Shown: one piece after another, positions 39,901 to 51,570 of the stretch
Layout of the letters: every line of letters begins with the position of its first letter
How positions within the stretch are numbered: the stretch's first letter is position 1
Origin: a virus
Taxonomy: Duplodnaviria > Caudoviricetes
IMG/VR virus record: IMGVR_UViG_3300012344_000011
Span: 1 to 64,000 of that record
Strand: one strand, 5' to 3'
DNA length: 64,000 nucleotides
The notes under the pieces: model-generated
Database searches by the model: none
What the model was told of the DNA's origin: nothing
What the model saw: the letters and a program-made list of their open reading frames with translations, nothing else
Program-made: the position numbers and the translations under genes

Positions 39901-42760
39901 AAAATGTTCCTCTTGATGATATAGATGCCAAAGAGCAATATTATATTGAATATTATAATACACACGTATCAACTAATAAAGGATATAATATTTCTAAAGG
40001 TGGGAGATATAATATTGCAAATAGCACTCATATAGGAGTAAAAAATGGCAGGGCGTTATTATCTAAAGAACAGGTAGAATATATAAAATCACATCGAAAC
40101 ATTCCTGAATATGTATTATATGATGAATTTTCTGAAATTCTTACATACACAGCATTTAGAGATATATATTTAGATAAAACGTATAAAGATATAACTCCAA
40201 CAGTAGATATATGTCCAAATAATTTTGAATTTTCTTGTCAATTTAATAGATCTAAAATTACATATGATGAAGTGGTAGAGCTAAGACAGAAATATAAAAA
40301 TAATATATTTTGAAAAGATGCATATACTGATTACTATAAAACGCTTTATGATGAAATGACTTTTTGAAACATATATGTTGGGAATAGATTCAAATTAGTT
40401 AATCCTGAAGTTTTTACGCCAGAAAGAAAACATTATCAATCAATGTTATCACATTCTGGAGAGAACAATGGAAGAGCCAAACTAAAAAAAGAAGATGTTC
40501 TTAGTATAAGATATTTATTTAAATCTAATCAAAAAACTAGAGCAGAACTTCAAGAAAAATATTCTTATGTTTCAAAAACGACTATTAAATAATGTTATAA
40601 ACTATAAAACTTGAAAAAACATATAAATTACTTATAAATGCCAATCGACTATCCCTCGGAAGGGGAGTACAACTACTATTGATACGTAGTTGGAAAAGGT
40701 GTTCTCAATATTGATTGAGTAAGATATAGTCAGGACTTGTGGAAACACAAGAATAACTGGATACAAAGTACGATTTCTTGGTTACAGAACAAATGGATAT
40801 TATGGCACAATGTATTCAACTTCTCCAAGAGAACGGATATATGGAAAAAAATTTGACGTTGCGGCAAGCATATGATAAATATGTTCATCCAGATAAATTA
40901 CCTCTAAATGATAGTAAATTGTGGGATGCAATAGATTCTGCGAATTTATTAGCTCTCTTTCAGTTTAATACCGCTGTAGGAGGCAACATTGTGCGACAAT
41001 TGAAGCCAAGGAACGTAGAAGAATTAACAGCTTGTAATGCATTGACAAGATTAGCAGGAGAACCTGGAAAAGAAAGACCTGCTGATAAGTATTATAGATT
41101 TAAGAATAATTTGTCTTTATGGTATGAAGAAATGAACGAATATGGATTGACGCAACACGAACAAAAAGTTCTTGAAAAATATATGTTGACAGATTATGGT
41201 GTACCATCTTCGCAAGAAATTCTTATGACAATCTTGATGGATAAAGAAACATGCGGTTTTAGTCTTGCAGAAGCAAATACTGCAAGAAAGATTGTTGCAA
41301 AGAAGCAGATGGATAAAGTTCAGGGATTGAAAGAAAAAATTCTTGAAAAAGCAAAAAGAAAAATTTTGGGACAGTATATATGGGATAATGTTATTATGCC
41401 GCAAGCATCTTATTCGTTCTCCAGGATTCACGGATATAGCTATTCGCTTATTGCATGTCAAGCCGCATATTTAGCAACTTATTTTCCTTCTATCTATTGG
41501 AATACTGCATATCTAAGGGTAATTAGTGGTCTTGATGCAGATGCAAGCTCTAATTATAGTAAGATTGCAAAAGGTGTTGGAGATATAATTGAACACGGTG
41601 TAAATGTTTCATTGATTGATATTAATGAGTCTGATTATATGTTTAAGCCTGATGAAAAGAATCACGCCATTCGTTATGGACTAAAAGCTTTGAATGGTGT
41701 TGGTGGAGAGATCATCGAAGAGATTGTTAATAATAGACCATATGAAGATATATATGATTTTATGGAGAAAGTCAAATGCAATAAAACAGTAATGATAGCA
41801 TTGATAAAATCTGGCGCATTTGATAGTTTTGATACTCGTGAAAACATTATGAAAGAATACATTGGAATTACATCTGAACCAAAAAGACGTATTACAATGC
41901 AAAATTTTAATGGTTTATTGGAAAAAGGACTTTTACCGCAAGAGTTAGATTTTCAAAAGAGACTTTTTGTTTTCAATAAAGCACTAAAAAAGAATTGTAA
42001 ATTAGATGGTTATTTGATCTTTGAAAATAATTATTATAATTTTTACGAAGAGTTCTTTGATATTGATTTATTAGAACCTAAAGGAAATGTATTAGTAATG
42101 TCTGAGGGTCAATGGAAGAAACTATATGATAAAAATATGCTTCCCGCAAAAGAATATATTACTAAACACAAAGAAGAACTTTTAAAACAACTCAATGATA
42201 AATTGTTCCAAGAGGAATGGAATAAATACGCGGCTGGATCATTAAGTTCTTGGGAAATGACAAGTCTTGGTTTTTATTATCACGAGCACGAACTAAAGAA
42301 TCTTGATAATGAATACTACAATATTTACAATTTTAATGACTTGCCAGAAGAGCCTATTATAGATTATATTTTTAGTAGAGGCGGTCACGATATTCCAATT
42401 TATAAAACTTGTCGATTAGCAGGTACAGTAATTGCGAAAGATGATCTGAAGAGTAGTATAAGTATTTTGACTGTAAATAGCGGTGTTGTAAATGTAAAGT
42501 TTACAAGAGACTATTATGCAAAATATAATGCTCAATTATCTGAAATTGGTGTTGATGGAAAGAAACATGTCCAAGAAAAATCTTGGTTCAAACGTGGAAC
42601 TTTAGTTATTGTAAACGGTTTCCGCAGAGGAAATATGTTTGTAACGAAGTCTTACAAAAAATCAAAGTCACATCAGTTATATAAGATAACAGAAGTTTTT
42701 GATTCAGGTTTAGTCAATATGACAAATGCAAGATATGGAGAAGAAGAAGTCTTACTATAG
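36924..42760 (+). CDS. dnaE: DNA polymerase III alpha subunit, 1274 aa; join(36924..38258,39046..39534,40760..42760)
   Basis: PHP domain (HLHT, AITDHE, DAHY), GRGS, ELP|DIDLD, HASGV, G|DTKYDFL, YSFSRIH. Confidence 0.95.
38259..39045 (+). mobile_element. Group I intron dnaE-I1 with NUMOD4-HNH HEG (38431-38925, TGA at 38527)
   Basis: IGS gggcaatt pairs with exon aattgcct; HRLVAEAFIPN..VNHKD...NN...NLEWCT. Confidence 0.9.
39535..40759 (+). mobile_element. Group I intron dnaE-I2 with GIY-YIG HEG (39729-40592, TGAs at 39804, 40311, 40365)
   Basis: IGS gccac pairs gtggt; YVYLITNKVNNKKYVG...KR(TGA)ANH; P7 gactat/atagtc. Confidence 0.9.
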
Positions 42761-42829
42761 GCTTCTTCTTTTTTCTTGACACTTTGATATAAAAATGTTA
42801 TAATATATATATTGAAATAAGGTGATATA

Positions 42830-43507
42830 ATGACTAAAGTAATTTTTTCTCCTGCTATCGATCCATTCTCTGATGGGTCTTGGGGCGAAGGAGATTGCGG
42901 GCATAGCATCCGCATTGATTGGAATTATTGTCCTATTTGCGGTAGTCCAATAGAAGAAAGAATTAGAACAGAAAATAAACGACCAACTCTAATTGCGGTG
43001 TGCGGCAAATCGGCTAGCGGAAAAGATTATTTCGTAAAAAAAATATGCAAACGCTATGGAGATAAAATTCATAGAATGATTCCAGACACAACAAGACCTA
43101 TGCGCATCAATGAAACAAATTCTGTTGATTATAATTTTATTACAATACCAATTTTTGTGAAGAAGCATAGTCAAGGAAAATATCTAGAGTCATCTTGCTA
43201 TAACGGATGGCATTATGGAATGTCTGTTGATCAGATTATCTATGATAAAATCAATATTGGTGTTTTTGATAAACAAGGCTTAGAAGCTTTGACTAAATAT
43301 AAAGATAATTATAGTCTCGTTTTAATTTATTTGAAATGTGGTTTCTTCAAAAGACTCTTTAGGTATATCAAGAGAGAAAAGAAAATCAGCAGAGAAATGT
43401 TTAGACGATTCGCCGCAGATCGGAAAGACTTCTTCAATATGGAAAAAGAGATTTCTTATTATTATAAAAATAGTTTCAAGGAAGTCAGTATTCTTGAAAC
43501 TGACTAA
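42830..43507 (+). CDS. Guanylate-kinase-like nucleotide kinase with N-terminal Zn ribbon
   Basis: GKSASGKD, TTRPMR.NE...DYNF, W.YG; CGH...CPICG. Confidence 0.8.
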   Translation: MTKVIFSPAIDPFSDGSWGEGDCGHSIRIDWNYCPICGSPIEERIRTENKRPTLIAVCGKSASGKDYFVKKICKRYGDKIHRMIPDTTRPMRINETNSVDYNFITIPIFVKKHSQGKYLESSCYNGWHYGMSVDQIIYDKINIGVFDKQGLEALTKYKDNYSLVLIYLKCGFFKRLFRYIKREKKISREMFRRFAADRKDFFNMEKEISYYYKNSFKEVSILETD

Positions 43508-43602
43508 AAAGTTGGGCAAAAATGAATAAAAACCAAATTCTTATTTTCATATATCTAAATAAGAAAATAAAATAGGTTATTTTGTTATTTTTATAATGAA
43601 AA

Positions 43603-43617
43603 ACACTATATATTGTG
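43603..43617 (+). promoter_or_regulatory. NrdR box
   Basis: ACACTATATATTGTG matches NrdR consensus acaCwAtATaTwGtg, directly before nrdD RBS. Confidence 0.7.
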
Positions 43618-43632
43618 AAAAGGTGATAGTTT

Positions 43633-46600
43633 ATGAAAGTAATCAAACGAAACGGCGATTTAGTTGATTATGACTTAGAAAAAATTTCAATTGCTATTAG
43701 TGGTGCTTTTGAAGAACTGGGGTCGGTTTTTGAAGATGCTAAGATGCTAGATGAAATCAATTCTAAAATTGAATCAACAAAATCAAAACAAATTTCAGTA
43801 GAAGATATTCAAGATATAGTTGAAGAAGCGCTCTGTAAAAACGAATATGTCAATGAAGCAAGAGCCTATATCAGATATAGGTATAAAAGAGAATTAGTTA
43901 GAAAATCTAATACAACAGATCAGTCTATCAAAGAATTGCTTGATGGCAATAATGAATACTGGAACAAGGAAAATAGTAACAAGAATGCTAAATGGGTTAC
44001 AACACAAAGAGACTATATCGCAGGCATTACTTCCAAAGATATTGCTCGGAGATTTATTTTTCCAGAAGACGTTGTAAAAGCACACGATGAAGGTGTTATT
44101 CATATTCACGATATGGATTATGCTGCACAAAATACTCTTACCAATTGTTGCTTGATCAATCTAGATGATATGCTACAAAACGGAACAGTTGTTAATGGTA
44201 TTACTATTGATCGTCCACATAAACTTTTAACGGCGATGACAATTGCTACTCAAATTATTGCTGCTGTAGCATCTAGTCAATACGGTGGGACAACTATTAC
44301 ACTAACACATCTAGCTCCATTTGTTAGAGACAGCTATAATAGATATTTTGAAAAATATCAAGAATGGGGAATGGATAAAGAAAAAAGTATTGAGTATGCT
44401 GAAAAAGATGTAAAAAAAGAAATTACAGACGCAATTCAAACTCTTAATTATCAACTCAATTCACTTACAACAACTAACGGTTAATATATTGGCTGCTATA
44501 AACAGTAATGTTTATTAGAAAAGATGGTGAACTTACAAATGTAGGGTGTGCGAGAAATCGTGCTAACGGTGAAAGCTAAAATATAATGCTAATTTATAAA
44601 ATTACTAACAATATAAATAATAAAATTTATATTGGTCAAACTTCACAAACTTTTGAAAAAAGAATAAAACAATATAAAGATGATGTTCGTTCCAGACCAG
44701 AGTCAAGACCTATAATAATGGCAATAAAAAAATATGGCTTTGATAATTTTTCATTTGAAATTATTGAAGATAATATTCCAGACAGAGAAACTTTAGATAA
44801 TAAAGAAAAATACTATATAAAAATTTTTCAAAGTTTGGTTTCTCAACATGGTTATAATGTTGAGCTTGGAGGTAACGGTCCTGGAAAACATTCTGAAGAA
44901 ACAAAAAGAAAAATTGGAGAAGCTCAAAAAGGCTCTTTGAATCATATGTATGGTAAAAAAGGATTCGACAATTTCTCTTCAAAAGCTGTAATTGAAATTA
45001 CTACTAATAAAATATTTGGTTCTGCTTCTGTTGCAGCTGAAAAACTAGGCGTAAATTTTTCTCACGTTTGCGCTGTTGCAAGAGGAGACAGAGGGAGTAC
45101 AGGTGGATACGTATTTCGTTATTTAGACGAAAACAATAATCCAATTAGACCAGAGCGTCCAGCACATATAAAGTTTATGAAAGTTAGAGATAGCATTTTA
45201 GACGAATATAAATATTTATTATAAAAATTATACTATGCTAATACCGTGCTAAGTCTTGTAAAACAAGAAAAGTGTAACGACTATTCCGAGAGGAAGTAGC
45301 TTCAAGGTGAAAGTCCTTGTTGCGAAGCGCCATCCTCCTGTTTAACGCAGGATGAAGAGATAGTCTGGCTTCTACAGAAATATAGAAGGAGGCGCCGCAA
45401 GCGCCATTCGTAAGTGTAATGATGTATCTTGGAGAAACAGAAGAGTATAAGAAAGAACTATCAATGTTAATAGCAGAAATGCTTCATCAACGAATAAAAG
45501 GAATGAAAAATAAAGTTGGTGTTTATGTTGCTCCAGCTTTTCCAAAACTTCTTTATGTTCTTGAAGAAGATAATATTTCCCCTGGCACTAAATATTGGTG
45601 GTTAACAGAACTTGCAGCTGAATGTACTGCAAAAAGAATGGTGCCGGATTATATTTCAGAAAAGAAAATGAAAGAATTAAAAGTTTCTAAAGGTAAAATT
45701 TCTGGTGATGGAGATTGTTATCCTTGTATGGGTTGTAGAAGTTTTTTGACACCAGATCGTTCTGGAAATGGTTTCAATAATATTGCAAATGCAAAAAACT
45801 GGGATGGAAAACCAAAATACTATGGGCGGTTGACAGCCTAATTGTTAAGCCGCCGTTAAACTGTGTGAACGTAAGAAAAAACGGTGTGGGAAATATTCCT
45901 GCTAACGGTGAAAAACTTAATGTCAACACCGTGCCAAGTCTTATTATAACTAACTAATTGATTAATTGGAGTTGATTATAATGCAAAATATAATATATAT
46001 CAAAGATAAACAATTTAAACAATTTCGTAATACAAAATATTATTGTAGTCAGGATGGAGAAATTTATTCTGACTGGTCACAAAAAATATTAAAACACCTC
46101 TACCGTGAGAGCGGCAACAAAAAATATGCCTATGTAGATATTAATTTTGGGCAAGGACAAAAGCACGTACCCGTTCATAGGATTGTATATGAAACTTGGA
46201 TTAGACCTCTAAAAGAAAATGAACAAGTTAACCATTTAGACGACAATTCTTTGAATAACAATATTAATAATCTTTATGTTGGAGATCAAAAAGAAAATAT
46301 TCGTGATTGTTTCAAAAACGGGCATAGAATTGGTAATTGCTGGATACTAACAGTTTTTGATAAAAAAGAACAAAAAACAATTACTTTTTTTCCTGCGAAA
46401 GATTTTATTGAATATAGTGGTCACTCGTGTCAAAATGGTGGGGTGTCAAGAATGTTTACTCGAAATTGGTTCAAAAAAAGATATAATATTATAAGTTATT
46501 ATCTATGTAAAGATATTAACGAAAAGAAAGGTGTAACGACTATTCCTGATGAATGTAAGGAAGTAGGCTAGATTTTATCACTAGTCGAAGCGCACAGCTA

Positions 46601-48808
46601 CTATTTGAGATAGTAGAAGAGATAGTCTAAATTAAAATTTTAATTTGTTAACATTGGCGTATCAACAGTTAATTTAGCCTATATTGGCTTGAAAGTTTAT
46701 AATGATTTTCATAACAACACAAGAACCCAAAATATTGAAAATATGTTTTTCAAAGAACTTGATGCCGCTTGTGAACTTTGTCATAAGGCACAACAAGTTC
46801 GAGCAGATAGACTCTCGCATACAAAAGCAGAAGTTGCTCCAATTCTTTGGTGTGATGGAGCTTTAGCTAGACTCAAGCCAAATGACTCATTGGAGGTATT
46901 AATCCATAACGGTTATTGTACTTCTTCTCTTGGGTTAAAATAGCGGCCCAAGTAAAAATCTTTAAATTGCGGGGACACCCTTAGAGCTTTAGCAACCAAA
47001 CCAGTATAGGGATATGCTGGTGGCGAGGTCAGCGACCAAGGTAAGGTAATATCGCTAAGGATTGGGCAACCAGACGCAGCGAAGTCTCTAGAACAGAGAA
47101 ACGTTCAACGACTATAATAAGATTCTAAGCATCGTATTTTTTATTTTATAAAAAGGGAGGTGAAAAAATGGGACTGATTTATAAAATTACAAATCCTTTA
47201 GATAACAATCGAAGTTATATAGGTCAAACCAGAGGAACTCTTGAAAAAAGATGGTATAAGCATACTACAACTCATATAAATTATGATGATTATTTTCATA
47301 GAGCTATTAGAAAATATGGGTCTGAGAATTTCATTGTTGAAGTTTTAGAAGAGAATATTCCTGAAGAGTTATTAAATGAAAAAGAAGCTTATTATATTGA
47401 AAAATATAATACTTATATTAAAAATCTTAATAGTAATGGATATAACCTAACTAGAGGTGGAGACTTTCATTTTCAAGATATTCATTGTTCTCTATCTCCT
47501 CAACAAGTAAAAGAAATTAAAGAGTTATTGAAAAATACAGATTTAGCAGAAAAAGAAATTGGTGAGATGTATGACGTTACTATTTATGCGATATCAGATA
47601 TAAACAGAGGAAAAAGCTGGCATGATGATAATATAGAGTATCCTATTCAGTTATATCAAACTAGAGAAATCACATATCAAGAATTTTGTAGTGTAATAGA
47701 ACTTTTACAAACAAATATGTTTTCTAGTCAGTGGATTGCTCAGAAATTAGATATAGGAAGCAACATTGTTTCTAAAATAAATACAGGTAAATATAAAAAA
47801 TTTTCCTATCCTTCAAATATTGCTTTTCCTATTCAAAGATATAAAAATGTTAGCAATAAAACAAAAATTACGGTAAAACAAAAAATACAGCTGCTAATAT
47901 ATTTTTTAGAAAATAATTTATCTATTGATAAACAAAAAGTAAGTCAAGAGCTTTCTATTTCTAAATCTTATATAAATAATATTATTAGAAACCAAAACCA
48001 CCCTCATTATTTAGATGATATAGCTTTTCCATTAACATTACACAATAAAGACCAAAATTTACAACTATTATATAAAAAGATAGACATTCTAAATAAATAC
48101 GATGCTTAGAATGGTATAGTCTACTCCCTTAATAAATACTAGGAAACTAGGGGTATAAAGGATGCGGGATTGTATGAATGTGTCAAAGTTATGACGGGTG
48201 AAAGCCATACTCAATCATATGGAAAACAATTTGGCTTGAAGATTATGCAATTTCTAAATGATAAATGCGCAGAGTGGAAAGCGGCTGAAAATATTGATTA
48301 TTCAGTATACGGTTCTCCGATAGAATCAACAACTTATAAATTTGCTAAAGCACTAAAAAATCGTTTTGGCATTATCAAAGGAATAACTGATAGAGATTAT
48401 ATTTCAAATAGTTATCATATTCCTGTTTTTGAAAAAATAAATGCTTTTGACAAACTCCTTATTGAGAGCGAATTTCAGCAGCTAAGCCCAGGCGGCGCAA
48501 TAAGTTATGTTGAATTACCAGATATGAAAAAGAATATTCCTGCTGTAATTGAATTGATCAAATTCATTTATGATAATATTATGTATGCGGAATTAAATTT
48601 ACATATTGATTATTGTATGGTTTGTGGTTATGATGGAGACATTCAGATTGATGATAATTTAGATTGGTATTGTCCTAATTGCGGCAATAGGGATCAAGAC
48701 AAAATGAATGTTACAAGAAGGACCTGCGGCTACTTGGGAACTAATTTTTGGAACAAGGGTAGAACGCAAGAGATCAAAGAACGTGTATATCATTTAGGAT
48801 ATGAATAA
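43633..48808 (+). CDS. nrdD: Anaerobic (class III) ribonucleotide reductase, 738 aa; join(43633..44481,45398..45830,46648..46935,48162..48808)
   Basis: ATP cone, NCCL, TTNG|QAPF, MGCRSF, YYGR-F|NIG, SLG-Y|AGLYE, glycyl radical RTCGYLG. Confidence 0.95.
44482..45397 (+). mobile_element. Group I intron nrdD-I1 with GIY-YIG/NUMOD HEG (44586-45224)
   Basis: Core tgctaacggtgaa/aataccgtg, gactat/atagtc; IYKITN..YIGQT, HSEETKRKI. Confidence 0.9.
45831..46647 (+). mobile_element. Group I intron nrdD-I2 with HNH HEG (45981-46571)
   Basis: IGS gccgcc pairs ggcggt; VHRIV...VNHLDD...NN...NL. Confidence 0.9.
46936..48161 (+). mobile_element. Group I intron nrdD-I3 with GIY-YIG HEG (47168-48109) inside a long P8-like stem
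   Basis: IGS gcccaag pairs cttgggt; aaattgcgggga, gttcaacgacta; attctaagcatcgta/tacgatgcttagaat inverted repeat brackets the ORF. Confidence 0.9.
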
Positions 48809-48811
48809 AAA

Positions 48812-49285
48812 ATGAATTATATGAAAATTAAAAATTATGATATAGCAAATGGTGATGGAGTAAGAACATCTTTGTTTGTGAGTGGATGTGATTTACATTG
48901 TCGAGGATGTTTCAATAAAGAAAGTTGGGAACTAAATGCAGGGCAATTCTTTAGCAGAAAAGTAAAGAAAGAATTACTCAAAAATTTAGAACCAGATTAT
49001 ATAAAAGGATTGTCTCTCTTGGGGGGCGATCCTTTTAACCCCAACAATGTAAAGGATATAGCATTCTTAGTAGAAGATACAAAAAGGTTATTTCCAGACA
49101 AAACAATTTGGGCGTGGAGTGGATATACTTTAGATGAATTGCTTGAACGAAAAGATCAATATACAAAAAAGATTCTTGATAATATTGATGTTTTAGTAGA
49201 TGGTCAATTTATCGAAGAAGAGAAAGACTTGTCTTTAAGATTTAGAGGTAGTAGAAATCAACGACTTATTTATTTTGCAAAATAA
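48812..49285 (+). CDS. nrdG: Anaerobic RNR activating enzyme (radical SAM)
   Basis: NGDGVR.SLFVSGC..HC.GCFN, LGGDP, LVDGQF, RGSRNQR. Confidence 0.95.
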   Translation: MNYMKIKNYDIANGDGVRTSLFVSGCDLHCRGCFNKESWELNAGQFFSRKVKKELLKNLEPDYIKGLSLLGGDPFNPNNVKDIAFLVEDTKRLFPDKTIWAWSGYTLDELLERKDQYTKKILDNIDVLVDGQFIEEEKDLSLRFRGSRNQRLIYFAK

Positions 49286-49364
49286 TTTTGTTTGACAGAG
49301 AAAAAAATATATTATATAATATAAATATAAAGAAAATGATAATGTTACTAGAAGGGAATAGCTT

Positions 49365-49778
49365 ATGAGTACAATTTCAAATGAAACTGAAATTTCTGAA
49401 AATGGCGATTTCTCAATGGGTACTTTGTATGATTTGAATAAAGAAGCATATAATAAAGTTATGCCATATACAAAGGAACAACAAAAAGAAAATCTAGGCT
49501 ATATTTATGACTGGATTGTCAATAAAGATTGTAAATATTTGATGCTCTTGTGCAAAGAACGTAGCGATTATACTATTTTCAATTTCCAAGAGCAAACAAA
49601 TGAAAAGTATAAACGTGGAATTATGACAGACTTAAAAGAATGCCTTAGCAATAGAGGTGTATTATTGGATATTCGATATGTCCAAGAGTCAGATGCTTGG
49701 GAAATTTGGTTGCGGGCACATAGTGAAAGTTTTATGTTTATGTTATTTGAATGTAATGATTTTGTAATTGAGGTATAA
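49365..49778 (+). CDS. Hypothetical protein
   Basis: 137-aa ORF after TTGACA..TATAAT promoter. Confidence 0.65.
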   Translation: MSTISNETEISENGDFSMGTLYDLNKEAYNKVMPYTKEQQKENLGYIYDWIVNKDCKYLMLLCKERSDYTIFNFQEQTNEKYKRGIMTDLKECLSNRGVLLDIRYVQESDAWEIWLRAHSESFMFMLFECNDFVIEV

Positions 49779-49779
49779 A

Positions 49780-50019
49780 ATGATTGTTTTGTGTGTATTA
49801 GCAGATCCAGTGCGGCAAACAGAGTTCAAAATTTTTGATGAAGGCACATTGATTTTTAAAGATAAGTGCTGGGCAAGAGACGTTGAACAAGTTGCTCAAA
49901 AAATTTATCTAAAATATGTAGTTGATAATGTTGTAGTCACTGGTGCGACTATTTTTTCTCGGAAAATTGAAAATACTCTCAAAGATATTTTTGGAACAAC
50001 TAAGGTAAGGCGAGCATAA
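49780..50019 (+). CDS. Hypothetical protein
   Basis: ORF with GAGG RBS. Confidence 0.55.
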   Translation: MIVLCVLADPVRQTEFKIFDEGTLIFKDKCWARDVEQVAQKIYLKYVVDNVVVTGATIFSRKIENTLKDIFGTTKVRRA

Positions 50020-50021
50020 GA

Positions 50022-50312
50022 ATGATTAAAGTTTTGATCAAATCTGTAAATGAAATCAGGGTAGAGACAAAAGCAGACTGCGATGAGCTGCGAAAAGAAG
50101 TATATGCTGCGGCAAATTCAAACCAGTATAAAGTGACTGGTTGGACAGAAACTCCTAAAAACCGCAAGGAAAAGGGAGAAATTGTTGAAGAGTGGTATGT
50201 ATGTAAATATACTTTAACCTTCAATGATCAAAAAGACCCTGAGACTTATCTTAGTTCAATTGAATATAAGATGATTGGACAGGACAATGTAGAGGAGGCT
50301 TTGCCTTGGTAG
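50022..50312 (+). CDS. Hypothetical protein
   Basis: 96-aa ORF in operon. Confidence 0.6.
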   Translation: MIKVLIKSVNEIRVETKADCDELRKEVYAAANSNQYKVTGWTETPKNRKEKGEIVEEWYVCKYTLTFNDQKDPETYLSSIEYKMIGQDNVEEALPW

Positions 50313-50740
50313 AAGATTTAGATATTTTTATTCATTATTTGCCTGGTTCTCCTGCTTTAGAAGTGACCGATTATGGCGACTGGGTAGATTTATATTGCTA
50401 TGAAGATATTGATTTACGCAAAGGTGAATCTTGTTATATTTCGCAAGGTATCTCAATGGCTCTTCCAGAAGGATATGAAGCAATTATGGCATCACGTAGT
50501 TCTACTTTTAAGAGATATGGTATTCTTCAACAAAATGGAATCGGTGTGATTGACAATATGTATCGCGGGACTGATGATATTTGGATGTTCCCTGCGTATG
50601 CTACAAGAGATATTCATATCAATAAAGGAACGCGAATTTGCCAGTTTCGTGTTCAGAAAAAGCAGCCTAAACTAAATTTTATTTCTATGCAGTCTCTTGG
50701 AGAAACTAACAGAAATGGTTTCGGAAGCAGTGGTGTCTAA
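50306..50740 (+). CDS. dut: Trimeric dUTPase
   Basis: GDWVDL, SRSS, GVIDN.YRG, RICQF, R.GFGSSG. Confidence 0.9.
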   Translation: MVEDLDIFIHYLPGSPALEVTDYGDWVDLYCYEDIDLRKGESCYISQGISMALPEGYEAIMASRSSTFKRYGILQQNGIGVIDNMYRGTDDIWMFPAYATRDIHINKGTRICQFRVQKKQPKLNFISMQSLGETNRNGFGSSGV

Positions 50741-51219
50741 TGATTTTGCTTAGTTTAGATCAGGCATTAAATACTACAGGCTGAGCTATTTTTGATAATA
50801 ACAAACTAATTGAAAATGATTCTTTCAATATAAAAGCAACTGCTCCAATAGAAGTAAGACTTGGTAGTTTTTGAAAGACGCTAAATTCTTTATATGAAAA
50901 ATATAATTTTGATTATTTAGTCTTTGAAGATATTCAGAATCAGAATAATAATGAAACATATAAAAAGTTAGCTTACTGCCAAGCAACAATATATCTTTGG
51001 TGTTATTTTAAAGAAATAAAATGTTCTATTATGGCACCCAGTCATTGGCGATCAATTTTAGATTATAGTTTTGGTCGCAAAAGAGAAGAACAAAAAAAAG
51101 CCGCAATGAATCTTGTGAAAGAAAAATGCGGCTTGAGCGTTTCTTCAGATGAAGCAGATGCTATTTGTATAGGTCTTGCTTATTTGCAAGAAACATCTAA
51201 AAATAAAAGTGCTTTCTAA
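50740..51219 (+). CDS. RuvC-like Holliday junction resolvase (TGA at 50782, 50872)
   Basis: MILLSLDQALNTTG(TGA)AIFD, VFED, PSHWR, K, DEADAICIG. Confidence 0.85.
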
Positions 51220-51417
51220 CAATAAAATATAGGAAGGAGGAATTGATGGAGTGCTTTAGTTTATCTGCTCTAAAACAGATTGAGCAAATTCTCTTTTCAT
51301 ATGAATCCTCTTATGATCCAAAGATTCCTCCTTTTTGTATTAAGTATGGAAAAGATTATTACTTTTATGAAATAAAAGAAATATTTGGTAAGTATAGAGT
51401 TATTACTAGATAAAAAT

Positions 51418-51514
51418 GTACCGCTCGCCTATTGGTATGGCCCTGGTCTTCAAAACCAAGAGTTGGTGGGGTCCAAACTCACCAAGCAGAGTTCGATTCT
51501 TTGGCGGTACGCCA
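51418..51514 (+). tRNA. UCA-anticodon (opal-decoding) tRNA, 97 nt, long variable arm
   Basis: gtaccgc/gcggtac acceptor, G73-CCA, tggt-ctTCAaa-acca, extra arm ttggtggg/ctcaccaa, cagag-ttcgatt-ctttg. Confidence 0.9.
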
Positions 51515-51570
51515 AGCTAATATTTGGATAATAACGTAGGTTTGATGCTTTTTTTAGAAAGAATAGAAGA

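Noticed and set aside
23663-48161. Inteins, group II introns or IS elements as cause of split genes
   Set aside because: Inserts contain stops in the host frame, no RT or transposase, and show group I P1/P7/terminal-G signatures
51418-51514. tRNA-Sec / selenoprotein system
   Set aside because: Fold is not 8/5 with long D stem, no selA/selB/selD in window, and TGAs align with Trp not Cys
51515-51570. HDV-like theta ribozyme after the suppressor tRNA
   Set aside because: Trailer is AT-rich with no nested pseudoknot pairing; tRNA already encodes CCA
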